From an uncultured Chloroflexia bacterium (lineage in GTDB: Bacteria > Chloroflexota > Limnocylindria > Limnocylindrales > CSP1-4), in assembly GCA_963755285.1 (NCBI GenBank), contig CAVWJB010000003.1, forward strand, positions 104,832-168,831: 64,000 bases of DNA, in the 5' to 3' direction. Positions 1-8,924 of this stretch are shown here, one piece after another. A program made the position numbers and the translations under genes. The notes beneath the pieces are model-generated. The model ran no database searches. It saw only the letters and a program-made list of their open reading frames with translations, and was not told the DNA's origin. How positions within the stretch are numbered: position 1 is the stretch's first letter; each line of letters starts with the position of its first letter.

Positions 1-409
1 GCGCGACCCGGCCGGGAGCCATCCCGGCGTCGAGCAGCTCGTACGCCCGCTTGAGGAGCAGGTAGAGGGGCTCGGCCGGGTGACGTTCCTCGAGCGAGCG
101 GTCGGCGAGCTCGGCGAGGTACCAGGCGGTCGCTGCCGGCTCGAGCGTGTCGCGCAGGCGAAGCCAGGCATGACCGACGCTGACCTGGGTCACGACGTCG
201 AACGTCCGGCCGTGGGCCAGCTGGACGCGCAGCTCGGCGAACGGCTCGACGCTGCCCCCGAGCCGCGACGTCGGCCGCCGGACGCCCTTGGCGATCGCCT
301 TGAGCTTGCCGTCGCCGGGCGTGATCAGGGTCAGCACGCGGTCCGCCTCGCCGAGGTCGAACCGGCTGAGGACGATGGCGTCGGTGGTGAAGGTCCGCGG
401 CCTGGGCAC
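1..409 (-). CDS. recO: DNA repair protein RecO, N-terminal part; the 3' end runs off the window start
   Basis: My translation from GTG at 409 gives VPRPRTFTTDAIVLSRFDLGEADRVLTLITPGDGKLKAIAKGVRRPTSRLGGSVEPF..., which matches the RecO N-terminal consensus. It is absent from the ORF track because there is no stop inside the window. An in-frame ATG at 466 is an alternative start. Confidence 0.7.
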   Translation of the reverse strand, partial: MPRPRTFTTDAIVLSRFDLGEADRVLTLITPGDGKLKAIAKGVRRPTSRLGGSVEPFAELRVQLAHGRTFDVVTQVSVGHAWLRLRDTLEPAATAWYLAELADRSLEERHPAEPLYLLLKRAYELLDAGMAPGRVA

Positions 410-464
410 GGGCCCACGGTAGCACCGGCGCCGATCCGAGCCGAACCGGCTACCTTGGACGTAC

Positions 465-1520
465 ATGTTGTCGGCGACGTACACTCGGGCCAGGATGACC
501 GCCACGACCCCCGGCTTCGAGCTGGCCGAGCTGATCGCCGCGACCGAGAACGAAATCCTGGCGCTCGTCCGCGACCGCGATCCGTCGACCCATGGCGTCT
601 ACGAGATGGTCCGCTATCACCTCGGACTCGACGGCAGCGGAGCGCCGACAGGCAAGCGAATGCGTCCGCTCCTGGGCCTGCTCGCCTATGCCTCGATCAC
701 CGGCCGTTACGAGCCGGCCCTCCCGGGGGCGGCGGCGGTCGAGCTCGGCCACAACTTCAGCCTCGTCCACGACGACATCGAGGACGGCGACGTCGAGCGC
801 CGCCATCGACCGACGCTCTGGGCGAAGCACGGGATCCCGCAGGCGATCAACACCGGCGACATGCTGTTCAGCCTGAGCCGGGTCGCCCTCCATCGGCTGA
901 CCGATCTCGGCTTCAGCGACACCAAGGTCCTCCGCCTGATGCGGCTGTACGACGAGACCTGCGTCGCCCTGTGCGAGGGCCAGTACATCGACATCTGGAC
1001 CTCGGAGCACGATCAGGCGATGTCGGTCGAGCTGTACCTCGACATGATCGGCCGGAAGACGGCCGCCCTGATCAGCGCCTCGATCGAGGCCGGCGCGCTC
1101 CTGGCGACCGATGACGAGGCCGTCATCGCCCGCTACCGGGCGTTCGGCTGGGCGCTCGGCCTGGCCTTCCAGATCAACGACGACCTGCTCGGGATCTGGG
1201 GCCAGGAGCAGTCGACCGGCAAGGAGCCGACCGACCTGGCCCGGCACAAGAAGACGCTGCCGGTGATCTACGCCCTCGAGCACGCCGACCAGCCCGAGCG
1301 CGACCGACTCGTCGCCCTCCAGGGTGCCGCGGCGCCGACCGCGGCCGAGCTGTCCGAGGCGGTCGCGATCCTCGAACGAACCGGCGCCCGCGATTACACC
1401 CGCGACCAGGCCCAGCGCTACCGCGACGAGGCGCTCGCCGAGCTCGGCGCGGCCGGCACGCTCGACCCCGCGGCCCGGGCCAGCCTCGAGCGGATCATCG
1501 TGTCGGTGATCAGCGCCTAG
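465..1520 (+). CDS. Polyprenyl diphosphate synthase family (GGPP/FPP synthase-like)
   Basis: 351-aa ORF with a first Asp-rich motif LVHDDIEDGD and a second motif FQINDDLLGIWG. Chain length cannot be inferred. Confidence 0.85.
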   Translation: MLSATYTRARMTATTPGFELAELIAATENEILALVRDRDPSTHGVYEMVRYHLGLDGSGAPTGKRMRPLLGLLAYASITGRYEPALPGAAAVELGHNFSLVHDDIEDGDVERRHRPTLWAKHGIPQAINTGDMLFSLSRVALHRLTDLGFSDTKVLRLMRLYDETCVALCEGQYIDIWTSEHDQAMSVELYLDMIGRKTAALISASIEAGALLATDDEAVIARYRAFGWALGLAFQINDDLLGIWGQEQSTGKEPTDLARHKKTLPVIYALEHADQPERDRLVALQGAAAPTAAELSEAVAILERTGARDYTRDQAQRYRDEALAELGAAGTLDPAARASLERIIVSVISA

Positions 1521-1600
1521 GGTTCGGCTCGGCCTGGCGGTCGGGCGCAGCGGGGCCGGCTCCGGTCGTGCGGTCGGACCGATCGCCAGTCGCACGTGTG

Positions 1601-1770
1601 TATGACCACCATTCTTAGGCGACCGTTTGCGTGGCTTGGAGCCCAACGCCCAGCCGACTTCAACGGCCCCGCTACGAATGGTGCTGCTACTTCGGGCCTC
1701 AAGGCACCCAGATCGGTGGCTCGGCAGGACGGTCCGGCCGCCAACGCACCTCGTAGCAATGGTGTTCATA
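1601..1770. ncRNA. Candidate structured small RNA, family unassigned
   Basis: Lies in a 364-nt convergent spacer with locally lower GC. A 13-nt inverted repeat, tatgaccaccatt (1601-1613) and aatggtgttcata (1758-1770), has one mismatch. An inner helix pairs gctacga+ggtgc (1671-1685) with gcacc+tcgtagc (1746-1757). A second hairpin pairs gaccgtttg (1621-1629) with caacggcc (1661-1668). No coding signal. Confidence 0.3.
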
Positions 1771-1884
1771 TCTGGGCGGCGAGGCGGCTGGGGGGCCGGC
1801 CTCGAGGGGATCGTGGCGTGTCGGTCGAAGCGACCGATCCGGCGCGCGGCCCAACGGCATGGCGCGTTCTCGGGCAGGCTCGGG

Positions 1885-3222
1885 CTAGCGGTCGGCCTCG
1901 TCGTCGTCGGCTTCCTCGAACGAGCGCTCGCGGATCGCCAGGACCTTGCCGACCCGCCGGCCGTCGGTCGACTCGACGGTGAGCCGCAGGCCGTCGACCT
2001 CGACCTGGTCGCCGGGGACCGGGACCCGCCCGATCCGGTGGAAGACGAGACCGCCGATCGTGTCGTACTCGTCCTCGTCCTCGAGCTCGAGCGAGGTCCC
2101 GAACAGCTCGGCGAGCTCGTCGACCGCCACCCGGCCGTCGATCCGGATCTCGTCGTCCGACAGGCGGACGATCATCTCCTCCTCCTCGTCGTACTCGTCC
2201 TGGATCTCGCCGACGATCTCCTCGAGGAGGTCCTCGATCGAGACGAGGCCGGCCGTCCCGCCGTACTCGTCGAGGACGATCGCGATGTGGACCTTCTTGC
2301 GCTGGAAGTCGTGGAGCAGGTCGTCGATCGACATCGACTCGGGGGCGAAGACCGGGGCGCGCAGGATCGACCGGATCGCCGGCCGCGGCTCGGCGGCCGT
2401 CTTGAGGTATGGCAGCAGATCCTTGGCGTAGAGGATGCCGACGATCTCGTCGATCGACTCCTGGTAGACCGGGACCCGGCTGTGACCCTCTTCGACGATC
2501 GTGTCGATCGCCTGCTCGAACGTCGCGTCGGCAGCCAGGCTGACGATGTCGATCCGGGGAACCATGACCTCGTGGAGGCGCCGGTCGCCGAGCTCGATGA
2601 CCGCGTTGATCATCTGCTCCTCCTCGGCCTCGAGGATGCCCTGCTGGCCGCCACGCTCGACGATCAGGCGGAGCTCCTCGGCGGTGATCTGGCTCTCCTT
2701 CGAGACGTCGGCCCCGAACGGCCGGGTGACCGCCCGGGTGACCGCGGTCAGCAGGGCGACGAGCGGACCGAGGATCCGCCCGAGGACGTCGATCGGCCGC
2801 GAGGCGGCCAGCGCGAAGCGCTCGGGAAAGGCCAGCGCGAGGGTCTTCGGGACGAGCTCGCCGAAGACGATCGTGAACATGGCCAGCAGGATCGTCACGA
2901 TGACCAGGGCGATCCCGGCGGCCGACCCACGGAACAGCTCGATCTGCTCGAGCAGGCCGGTCAGCCGTTCGGTCAGGCTGACCGCGGCGTAGGCCGAGGC
3001 GAAGAAGCCGAGGAAGGTCAGGCCGATCTGGGCGACGGCCAGGAAGCGACCCGGGTCGTCGAGCAGCTTGCGAACCCGGCGGGCGCCGCGATTGCCTTCC
3101 TCGATGAGCTGCTCGACCCGGCTCCGGCGGATCGACACGAGCGCGATCTCGGACGCGACGAAGAAGCCCTCGAGGATCGTCAGGATGACGATGAACACGA
3201 GCTCGGTTATCGGGAGGTTCAC
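1885..3222 (-). CDS. CNNM/CorC-HlyC family transporter-associated protein (DUF21 + CBS pair + CorC_HlyC)
   Basis: 445-aa ORF. The N-terminus is hydrophobic (ITELVFIVILTILEGFFVASEIALVS) and the C-terminus has a CBS/CorC-like architecture. The GTG start overlaps the glmU stop (GTGA). Confidence 0.85.
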   Translation of the reverse strand: MNLPITELVFIVILTILEGFFVASEIALVSIRRSRVEQLIEEGNRGARRVRKLLDDPGRFLAVAQIGLTFLGFFASAYAAVSLTERLTGLLEQIELFRGSAAGIALVIVTILLAMFTIVFGELVPKTLALAFPERFALAASRPIDVLGRILGPLVALLTAVTRAVTRPFGADVSKESQITAEELRLIVERGGQQGILEAEEEQMINAVIELGDRRLHEVMVPRIDIVSLAADATFEQAIDTIVEEGHSRVPVYQESIDEIVGILYAKDLLPYLKTAAEPRPAIRSILRAPVFAPESMSIDDLLHDFQRKKVHIAIVLDEYGGTAGLVSIEDLLEEIVGEIQDEYDEEEEMIVRLSDDEIRIDGRVAVDELAELFGTSLELEDEDEYDTIGGLVFHRIGRVPVPGDQVEVDGLRLTVESTDGRRVGKVLAIRERSFEEADDDEADR

Positions 3223-4625
3223 GCCCCGTTCTCTCGGGTCTCGGGCGCGGCGGCGCCCGGCGAGCGCGGGTCGCGGATCCGGGCCGGGACCCCGATCGCG
3301 AGCTTGCCGGCCGGGACGTCCCGGGTGACGACGGCACCGGCCCCGGTCTTCGCGCCATCGCCGACCTCGACCGGCGCGACGAGCATCGTGTCGACCCCGA
3401 TGAAGGCGTCGTCGCCGATCGTCGTCCGGGTCTTGCGCTGCCCGTCGTAGTTGGCGGTGATCGTGCCGGCCCCGATGTTCGTCCGGGCGCCGACGTGGGC
3501 GTCACCGAGGTAGCTCATGTGGTGCTGCTGGACGCCGGCCTCGAGCCGGCTGTTCTTGACCTCGGCGAAGTTGCCGAGCTTCGCCCCGCGGCCGATCGAC
3601 GAGCCCGGCCGAAGGTGGGCGAACGGACCGATCGAGACCTCGTCCTCGACCTCGGATCCCTCGAGCACGCTCGCCCAGATCCGGCACTCGCGGCCGACGG
3701 TCGTGTCGACGATCTGCGAGCCCGAGCCGATCACGGTCCCCTCCCCGATCGACGTCCGTCCGCGCAGGACGACGTTGGGCTCGAGGACCACGTCGGCGGC
3801 CAGCTCGACCCCGGCGTCGATCCAGGCGGTCGTCGGATCGAGCATCGTCACTCCGGCCAGGAGATGACGGTCGTTGATCCGCTCGTGCAGCCGGAACGTC
3901 GCGTCGGCCAGCTCGGCCCGGTCGTTGATCCCGAGCAGCGTGCCGTCGTCGCCGACCTCGATCGTGGCCACGTCGCGGCCGTCGGCCCGGGCGAGCGCGA
4001 CGAGCTCGGTCAGGTAGAGCTCGCCGGTCGCCGCCGACGGCTGGAGGTCGGCGATCCGCCGACGCAGCCAGGCGACGTCGATCGTGTAGATGCCGGCATT
4101 GATCTCGTCGACCTCGAGCTCATCGTCGGTCGCGTCCTTCGCCTCGACGATCCGCTCGACCTGCCCGTCGTCGTCGCGGACGACCCGGCCGAGCCGGGCC
4201 GGGTCGAGGGTGACGACGCTGACGAGCGCGATCGCTGCGTCCTCCCGGCGCCGCAGGTCGAGCAGCGCCTCGAGCAGGCCGGCCTCGAGGAGCGGCACGT
4301 CGCCGTACAGGACGAGGACCTCGGCCACGTCGGCCGGCAGGACCCTGAGCGCCGCGGTCAGCGCATCGGCCGTTCCGCGTGGCTCGTCCTGGAGGGCAAA
4401 GTCGGCGAGCTCCGCGAAGACGCCCCGGATCGCCTCGGTCGGCGGCGAGTAGACGACGAGCGGGCGCTGGTCGGTCGCGGCAGCCGCCGCCTCGAGCACG
4501 TACCCGAGCATCGGCCGGCCGCACAGCTCGTGGAGCACCTTCGGACGACGCGACTTCATCCGCGTCCCGAGCCCCGCGGCGAGGACGATCGCGACGGTGC
4601 GTGGCGGGGCTGGTTCGGGCTTCAT
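3219..4625 (-). CDS. glmU: Bifunctional GlcNAc-1-P uridyltransferase / GlcN-1-P acetyltransferase GlmU
   Basis: Internal ATG at 4625 of the 823-aa track ORF gives MKPEPAPPRTVAIVLAAGLGTRMKSRRPKVLHELCGRPML..., followed by C-terminal left-handed beta-helix hexapeptide repeats. Predicted length 468 aa. The upstream part of the track ORF is Arg/Pro-rich read-through. Confidence 0.9.
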   Translation of the reverse strand: MKPEPAPPRTVAIVLAAGLGTRMKSRRPKVLHELCGRPMLGYVLEAAAAATDQRPLVVYSPPTEAIRGVFAELADFALQDEPRGTADALTAALRVLPADVAEVLVLYGDVPLLEAGLLEALLDLRRREDAAIALVSVVTLDPARLGRVVRDDDGQVERIVEAKDATDDELEVDEINAGIYTIDVAWLRRRIADLQPSAATGELYLTELVALARADGRDVATIEVGDDGTLLGINDRAELADATFRLHERINDRHLLAGVTMLDPTTAWIDAGVELAADVVLEPNVVLRGRTSIGEGTVIGSGSQIVDTTVGRECRIWASVLEGSEVEDEVSIGPFAHLRPGSSIGRGAKLGNFAEVKNSRLEAGVQQHHMSYLGDAHVGARTNIGAGTITANYDGQRKTRTTIGDDAFIGVDTMLVAPVEVGDGAKTGAGAVVTRDVPAGKLAIGVPARIRDPRSPGAAAPETRENGA

Positions 4626-4637
4626 CAGGGCTCGGGC

Positions 4638-4667
4638 ATCGTAGGGGCCTCCCGATCGGGGTGTCAA
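4638..4667 (-). promoter_or_regulatory. Putative sigma70-type promoter for glmU
   Basis: Minus strand reads TTGACA (4667-4662), an 18-nt spacer, then TACGAT (4643-4638). The -10 ends 12 nt before the glmU ATG, implying a very short leader. Confidence 0.4.
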
Positions 4668-4725
4668 ACGTCGGCCCGAGGTCCGGGCACCGCCCGCGAG
4701 CCGCCCGGCGACGCCCGGATCGTCC

Positions 4726-4890
4726 TCAGTCGAGGGCGCAGTCGGGGTCGAACCGCTCGACGAGATCGGCCCGGAATCGAGCCGCCTCGAACGAGTCGTC
4801 GGCGAACAGGCCGTCGGCGGCGGCGGGATCCCCGAGGAGCGCCCGGATGTAGCGCCGCATCGCCGTCGCGTGGTCGGGTCGGAGGGCCAT
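4726..4890 (-). CDS. Small hypothetical protein (54 aa), below the ORF-track size cutoff
   Basis: My translation is MALRPDHATAMRRYIRALLGDPAAADGLFADDSFEAARFRADLVERFDPDCALD*. Third codon positions are nearly all G/C, like neighbouring genes. The listed 83-aa ORF in another frame is Arg-rich junk. No clear Shine-Dalgarno sequence. Confidence 0.4.
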   Translation of the reverse strand: MALRPDHATAMRRYIRALLGDPAAADGLFADDSFEAARFRADLVERFDPDCALD

Positions 4891-4918
4891 CCCGGTATCG
4901 TCTGCCGAACGTCAAGGC

Positions 4919-5299
4919 TCAGCGGCGCCGGGCGATCGCCTCGATCTCGATCAGGGCGCCCTTCGGGAGCGACCCGACGGCGAACGTCGAGCGGGCCGGG
5001 GGCGGAACCGCCTGGCGGGCGCCGTAGATCGTGTTGACCGCGGCGAAGTCGCCGATGTCGGCCAGGAAGATCGTCGTCTTGACGACGTCGCTCCAGTCCA
5101 GGCCGTCGGCCGCCAGGACCGCCTCGAGGTTGGCGAGGACCCGCTGGGCCTGGGCCTCGATCCCGCCGGCGAGCTCGCCGCTGACCGGGTCGAGCCCGAT
5201 CTGGCCCGAGCAGAACAGGAAGCCCTCGGTGGCGATGGCCTGGCTGTACGGGCCGAGCGCGGCCGGGGCTCCGGACGTCGTGATCGCCTGGCGGGTCAT
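4919..5299 (-). CDS. ridA: RidA/YjgF family reactive-intermediate deaminase
   Basis: 126-aa product MTRQAITTSGAPAALGPYSQAI...FLFCSGQIGLDP...IEIEAIA. The ATG overlaps the ispE stop (ATGA). Confidence 0.9.
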   Translation of the reverse strand: MTRQAITTSGAPAALGPYSQAIATEGFLFCSGQIGLDPVSGELAGGIEAQAQRVLANLEAVLAADGLDWSDVVKTTIFLADIGDFAAVNTIYGARQAVPPPARSTFAVGSLPKGALIEIEAIARRR

Positions 5300-6310
5300 C
5301 GGTCGCTCCTGTCGTTGGCCGCGCGAGCGGCGATCGTCGTCGCGGCGATGAACGGCTCGCCGCCGCCGGGCACCGGGATCTCCCCGCCGGCGATCGCCGT
5401 TCGGACCTCGTCGGCGGCCGCCCCGGCATCCGATCGAGAAGGATAGAGGACCCACAGCGTCGGACCGGAGCCGGATTGGCCGACGGGCCGGCCGAGCCGG
5501 CGGGAGAGCGACCGGCGGAGCGCGAGCAGGCCGGGCTCGACGGTGGCCGCGGCCGCGACGAGATCGTTGGCCACCGCCAGGATCCCGGCCCGGTCGACGA
5601 GGGCCTGCGCGCTGAGGCCGGTCCGGAGCTCGTCGGCGAGATGGGCCGAGCTCGTCCGCACGGCACCTCCGCCGCTCCGCGGACCGGCATCCCAGGCGGC
5701 GAAGACGTCGGGCGTTCGGAGCGCCACCGGCGCGGTCACGAGGAGCACGCCGGGCGGATCGCCGACGACGCCGCGAAGCGGGGTCACGACCTCGCCCCGG
5801 CCCTCGACGAGCGCGGCCCCGCCGGCCAGGAAGAACGGCACGTCGGAGCCGAGCCGGACCGCGACCCGCAGTCGCTCGTGGATCGTCAGCGCTCGCGCCC
5901 CACGCCTCGAGGGCGCCGTCGACGGTGGCCGCCGCGTCGCTCGAGCCGCCGGCCAGGCCGGCGGCGACCGGGATCCGCTTGTCGAGCCGGGCGGCGAGCG
6001 GCGGCGGCGGCCCGCCGGACCCGGCCCAGCCGGCCCCGACCGCCTCGCGGGTGAGGGCGAGCGCGCGCAGGACGAGGTTGTCGGCCTCGGGTCCGGGAAC
6101 CAGGCCCTCGACGTGGAGCGTGTCGGCCGATCCGCTGCCGGGGGCGAGGCTGAGCCGATCGGCCAGCTCGAGCGGGACCATGACCGAGTGGAGCTCGTGG
6201 TAGCCGTCCGCCAGCCGGCCGACGACCGCCAGGCTCAGGTTGAGCTTGGCCGGGGCGAGCCGGACGACCGGCGTCAGGCGCCGGGTCGGGTCGACGGCCG
6301 GCTCGGTCAC
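5296..6310 (-). CDS. ispE: 4-diphosphocytidyl-2-C-methyl-D-erythritol kinase IspE, frameshifted in this sequence
   Basis: From GTG at 6310 the N-terminal half reads VRLAPAKLNLSLAVVG...PVAAGLAGGSSDAAATVDGALEAW. The C-terminal half (ARALTIHERLRVAVRLGSDVPFFLAGGAALVEGRGE...) is in another frame (track ORF 5296..5841). The break is at the C-run 5898-5901. Span is 1015 nt (3n+1). Confidence 0.85.
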
Positions 6311-7222
6311 CGATCGACCCCGGGACGGCCGCGTCGGTCGGGACCGATCGGTCCGAGCACTTCGAGCAGGCGCAGCCACTCCCCCACCGCGAGCGTCTGG
6401 GGCCGCCGGTCCGGATCGATGCCGGCGGCGGCGAGGACCTCGGCGACCCGCTCGGCCGGCAGCGCGAGCTGCCTGGCAAGGACGTTGTGGAGCATCTTCC
6501 GGCGTTCGCGGAACCCGGCCTGGACGAGCCGCCACAGCTCGTCCTCGGCGGCCGGGTCGAGCCGGTCGTCGGGCGGGTACGGCTCGATGACGATGACCGC
6601 CGACTCGACCTCGGGAGCGGGCTCGAACGCCGTGGGCGGCACGCGCAGGGCAAGCCGGACCGACCCGTGGTACTGGACGAAGACCGACAGGTAGCTCATC
6701 TTCCCGGGCGGCGCCGCGATCCGCTCGGCGACCTCGCGCTGGACCATCAGCACGAGCCGATCGGGACGCGGCGGCTCCCCGAGCAGCCGATGGAGGATCG
6801 GGCTGGTGATGTGGTAGGGCAGGTTGGCGACGACGTCGTACGGCACCGGACAGAGCCGGGTCAGCGGCTGGTCGAGCGCGTCGCCCTCGATGAGGCGGAG
6901 CGTCCCGGGTTCGGCTGGGTCGGCCAGGCCCCGGGTGATCGAGTCGGCAAAGTGGTCCCGGAGACGGGTCGCCAGCCCACGATCGAGCTCGACCGCGGTG
7001 ACCCGGGCGCCGGCATCGAGCAGGCCACCGGTGAGGATCCCGAGGCCGGGACCGATCTCGAGCACCGCTCGACCCGGGGTCGGCGCCGCTTCGGCCAGGA
7101 TCCGCTCGAGGACCTCGACATCGGCCAGGAAGTTCTGGCTGAGCGCGTGCTGGGCGTGGAGGCCCGGCCTCGCGGAGCGAGCGCCGGACCTCGGCCGGAT
7201 CGAGCCGGGCCGATGCGGTCAT
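6307..7222 (-). CDS. rsmA: 16S rRNA (adenine1518/1519-N6)-dimethyltransferase RsmA/KsgA, frameshifted near the 5' end
   Basis: ATG at 7222 overlaps the tsaD stop (ATGA) and encodes MTASARLDPAEVRRSLREAG. The remainder, LHAQHALSQNFLADVEVLERIL...VLEIGPGLGILT, is in the frame of track ORF 6307..7065. That frame has a TGA at 7221-7219 and no canonical start upstream of QNFL. The break is at ccc 7163-7165. Span is 916 nt (3n+1). Confidence 0.85.
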
Positions 7223-8292
7223 CGAGCCGCCAGCGGGAGCGATGGCCGGGCGTCGAGATCGAGCCCGGCGCGCTCTCCGGCCGCCAGCCGGCGGGCACCG
7301 GCCGCCCCGATCATCGCCCCGTTGTCGGTGCACAGGCCCGGCCGGGGCACGATGAGCGGCAGCCCGAGCGCCGCCGCGTCGCCCTCGAGACGGGCGCGCA
7401 GGGCGGCGTTGGCCGCGACGCCGCCACCGACGACGATGGCCCGGGCCCCGATCTCCGTGGCCGCCCGCACCGTCTTGACCGCGAGGACGTCGACGACGGC
7501 GTCCTGGAAGCCGTAGGCGAGCTCGGCGACCGTCGCCGCCGAGAGGGGCGCGTCGTGGTCGTCGGGCTGGAGGCCCTCGTCGGCCCGGGCGGCCGCGACG
7601 ATCCGCCGGGCGGCGGTCTTGAGCCCGCTGAAGCTGAAGTCGTACGAATCGCCCATCCAGGCGCGCGGGAACCTGACGTCGCGTCGCGTCGCGTCCTCGG
7701 CCGCTCGCTGGATCGCCGGACCGCCCGGATAGCCGAGCCCGAGCAGGCGTCCGACCTTGTCGAACGCTTCACCGGCGGCGTCATCGACGGTCTGGCCGAG
7801 GAGCCGGTAGACGCCGTGATCGCGCATCTCGACGAGGAACGTGTGACCGCCCGACACCACCAGGGCCACCAGCGGGAACGGCGGCTCGGGGCGGGCCTCC
7901 GGGTCCTCGCCCGGATCGAGCAGCCAGCCCGCCTCGACGTGGCCTTCGAGGTGGTTGACACCGACCAGCGGCTTGTCCCGGACGTGGGCGAGGGCCTTGG
8001 CGAAGTTGACCCCGACGAGGAGCGATCCGGCCAGGCCGGGGCCATAGGTCACCGCCACGCCGTCGATGTCATCCCAGCCCGCCCCCGCATCGGACCAGGC
8101 GGCCTCGAGGACGGGAACGATCCAGCGCAGGTGGGCCCGGGCCGCGACTTCGGGCACGATCCCGCCGGTCGCGGCGTGGAGGGCGACCTGGCTCGCCACG
8201 ACGTTGGCGTGGATCCGGCGCCCGCCCTCGACCAGCGCGATACCGGTCTCGTCGCAGCTCGATTCGATCGCCAGGAGGAGCGCTCCGCTCAT
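7219..8292 (-). CDS. tsaD: tRNA N6-adenosine threonylcarbamoyltransferase TsaD
   Basis: Internal ATG at 8292 gives MSGALLLAIESSCDETGIALVEGG...GVNHLEGH...VSGGHT. Predicted length 357 aa. The start overlaps the rimI stop (ATGA). Confidence 0.92.
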   Translation of the reverse strand: MSGALLLAIESSCDETGIALVEGGRRIHANVVASQVALHAATGGIVPEVAARAHLRWIVPVLEAAWSDAGAGWDDIDGVAVTYGPGLAGSLLVGVNFAKALAHVRDKPLVGVNHLEGHVEAGWLLDPGEDPEARPEPPFPLVALVVSGGHTFLVEMRDHGVYRLLGQTVDDAAGEAFDKVGRLLGLGYPGGPAIQRAAEDATRRDVRFPRAWMGDSYDFSFSGLKTAARRIVAAARADEGLQPDDHDAPLSAATVAELAYGFQDAVVDVLAVKTVRAATEIGARAIVVGGGVAANAALRARLEGDAAALGLPLIVPRPGLCTDNGAMIGAAGARRLAAGERAGLDLDARPSLPLAAR

Positions 8293-8924
8293 CCCTTGCC
8301 CTCCGGGTTGGCCGGGGCCGGCTGGGGCCGGCTGAGCTCGCCGCCGTCCGGCCACGGGCCGGCAGCGTCGTGTCGTTCCACGGGCGAGCCGAGGAGCGGA
8401 TCGGGTACCGCCGCCAGCGCCGCCCGGAGGCCGGCCAGGCGGTCGCGCATCAGCCGGCCGTCGAGACGATCGGTCGTCATGATCAGCGCGTCCTCGTTGT
8501 TGTCGGTGTAGTAGCGCGGCCGGATCCCGACCGGCCGGAAACCGAACTTCTCGTACAGACGCCGGGCGGGCAGGTTCGACAGGCGGACCTCCAGCGTCGC
8601 CTCGCTGGCTCGCCGCTCGAGGGCGATGTCGAGGAGGGCCATCAGGAGGCGCTCGCCGAGCCGCCGCCGGCGCCAGTCGGGATGGATCGCGAACGTCGTG
8701 ACGTGGGCCTCGTCGACCATCAGCCAGAGCCCGGCGTAGCCGACGATCTCCGGGCCCACCCGGATCACGAGGTAGTGGGCCAGCCGGTTGGTCTGGAGCT
8801 CCGTCCGGTAGGCGTTCGGCGGCCACGGTGCGCTGAAGCTGGCCCGCTCGATGGCCTCGACGCTGGCCACGTCGGCGAGCTCCATCGGCCCGACGACGAC
8901 GCTCAGCTCGGGTCGCGCGACCAT
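8289..8924 (-). CDS. rimI: Ribosomal-protein-alanine N-acetyltransferase RimI (GNAT)
   Basis: ATG at 8924 is preceded by GGAGAG. Product reads MVARPELSVVVGPMELADVASVEAIERASFSAPWP...RRRRLGERLL, with a roughly 60-aa C-terminal tail. Confidence 0.8.
   Translation of the reverse strand: MVARPELSVVVGPMELADVASVEAIERASFSAPWPPNAYRTELQTNRLAHYLVIRVGPEIVGYAGLWLMVDEAHVTTFAIHPDWRRRRLGERLLMALLDIALERRASEATLEVRLSNLPARRLYEKFGFRPVGIRPRYYTDNNEDALIMTTDRLDGRLMRDRLAGLRAALAAVPDPLLGSPVERHDAAGPWPDGGELSRPQPAPANPEGKG

Noticed and set aside
1671-1757. SRP (4.5S) RNA assignment for the candidate ncRNA
   Set aside because: The minus strand contains GAGGCCCGAAGUAGCAGC, reminiscent of the helix-8 motif AGGUCCGGAAGGAAGCAGC. 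However, there is no GNRA tetraloop closed by CC/GG, and the hairpin geometry does not fit. I left it unassigned.
3219-5690. 823-aa ORF in the track
   Set aside because: Only the last 468 aa (from ATG 4625) are GlmU. The upstream 355 aa are Arg/Pro/Gly-rich read-through across the ridA gene region in a non-coding frame.
5890-5905. Programmed ribosomal frameshifting or recoding as the explanation for the split genes
   Set aside because: There is no shared slippery heptamer or downstream structure. The breaks hit nine unrelated genes at simple G/C runs and include both +1 and -1 changes, which points to assembly indels.
4919-7333. 804-aa ORF in the track
   Set aside because: It is a mosaic. 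The real RidA occupies only its last 126 aa. Other stretches coincide with the ispE N-terminal frame and the first 20 codons of rsmA. The rest is off-frame junk.
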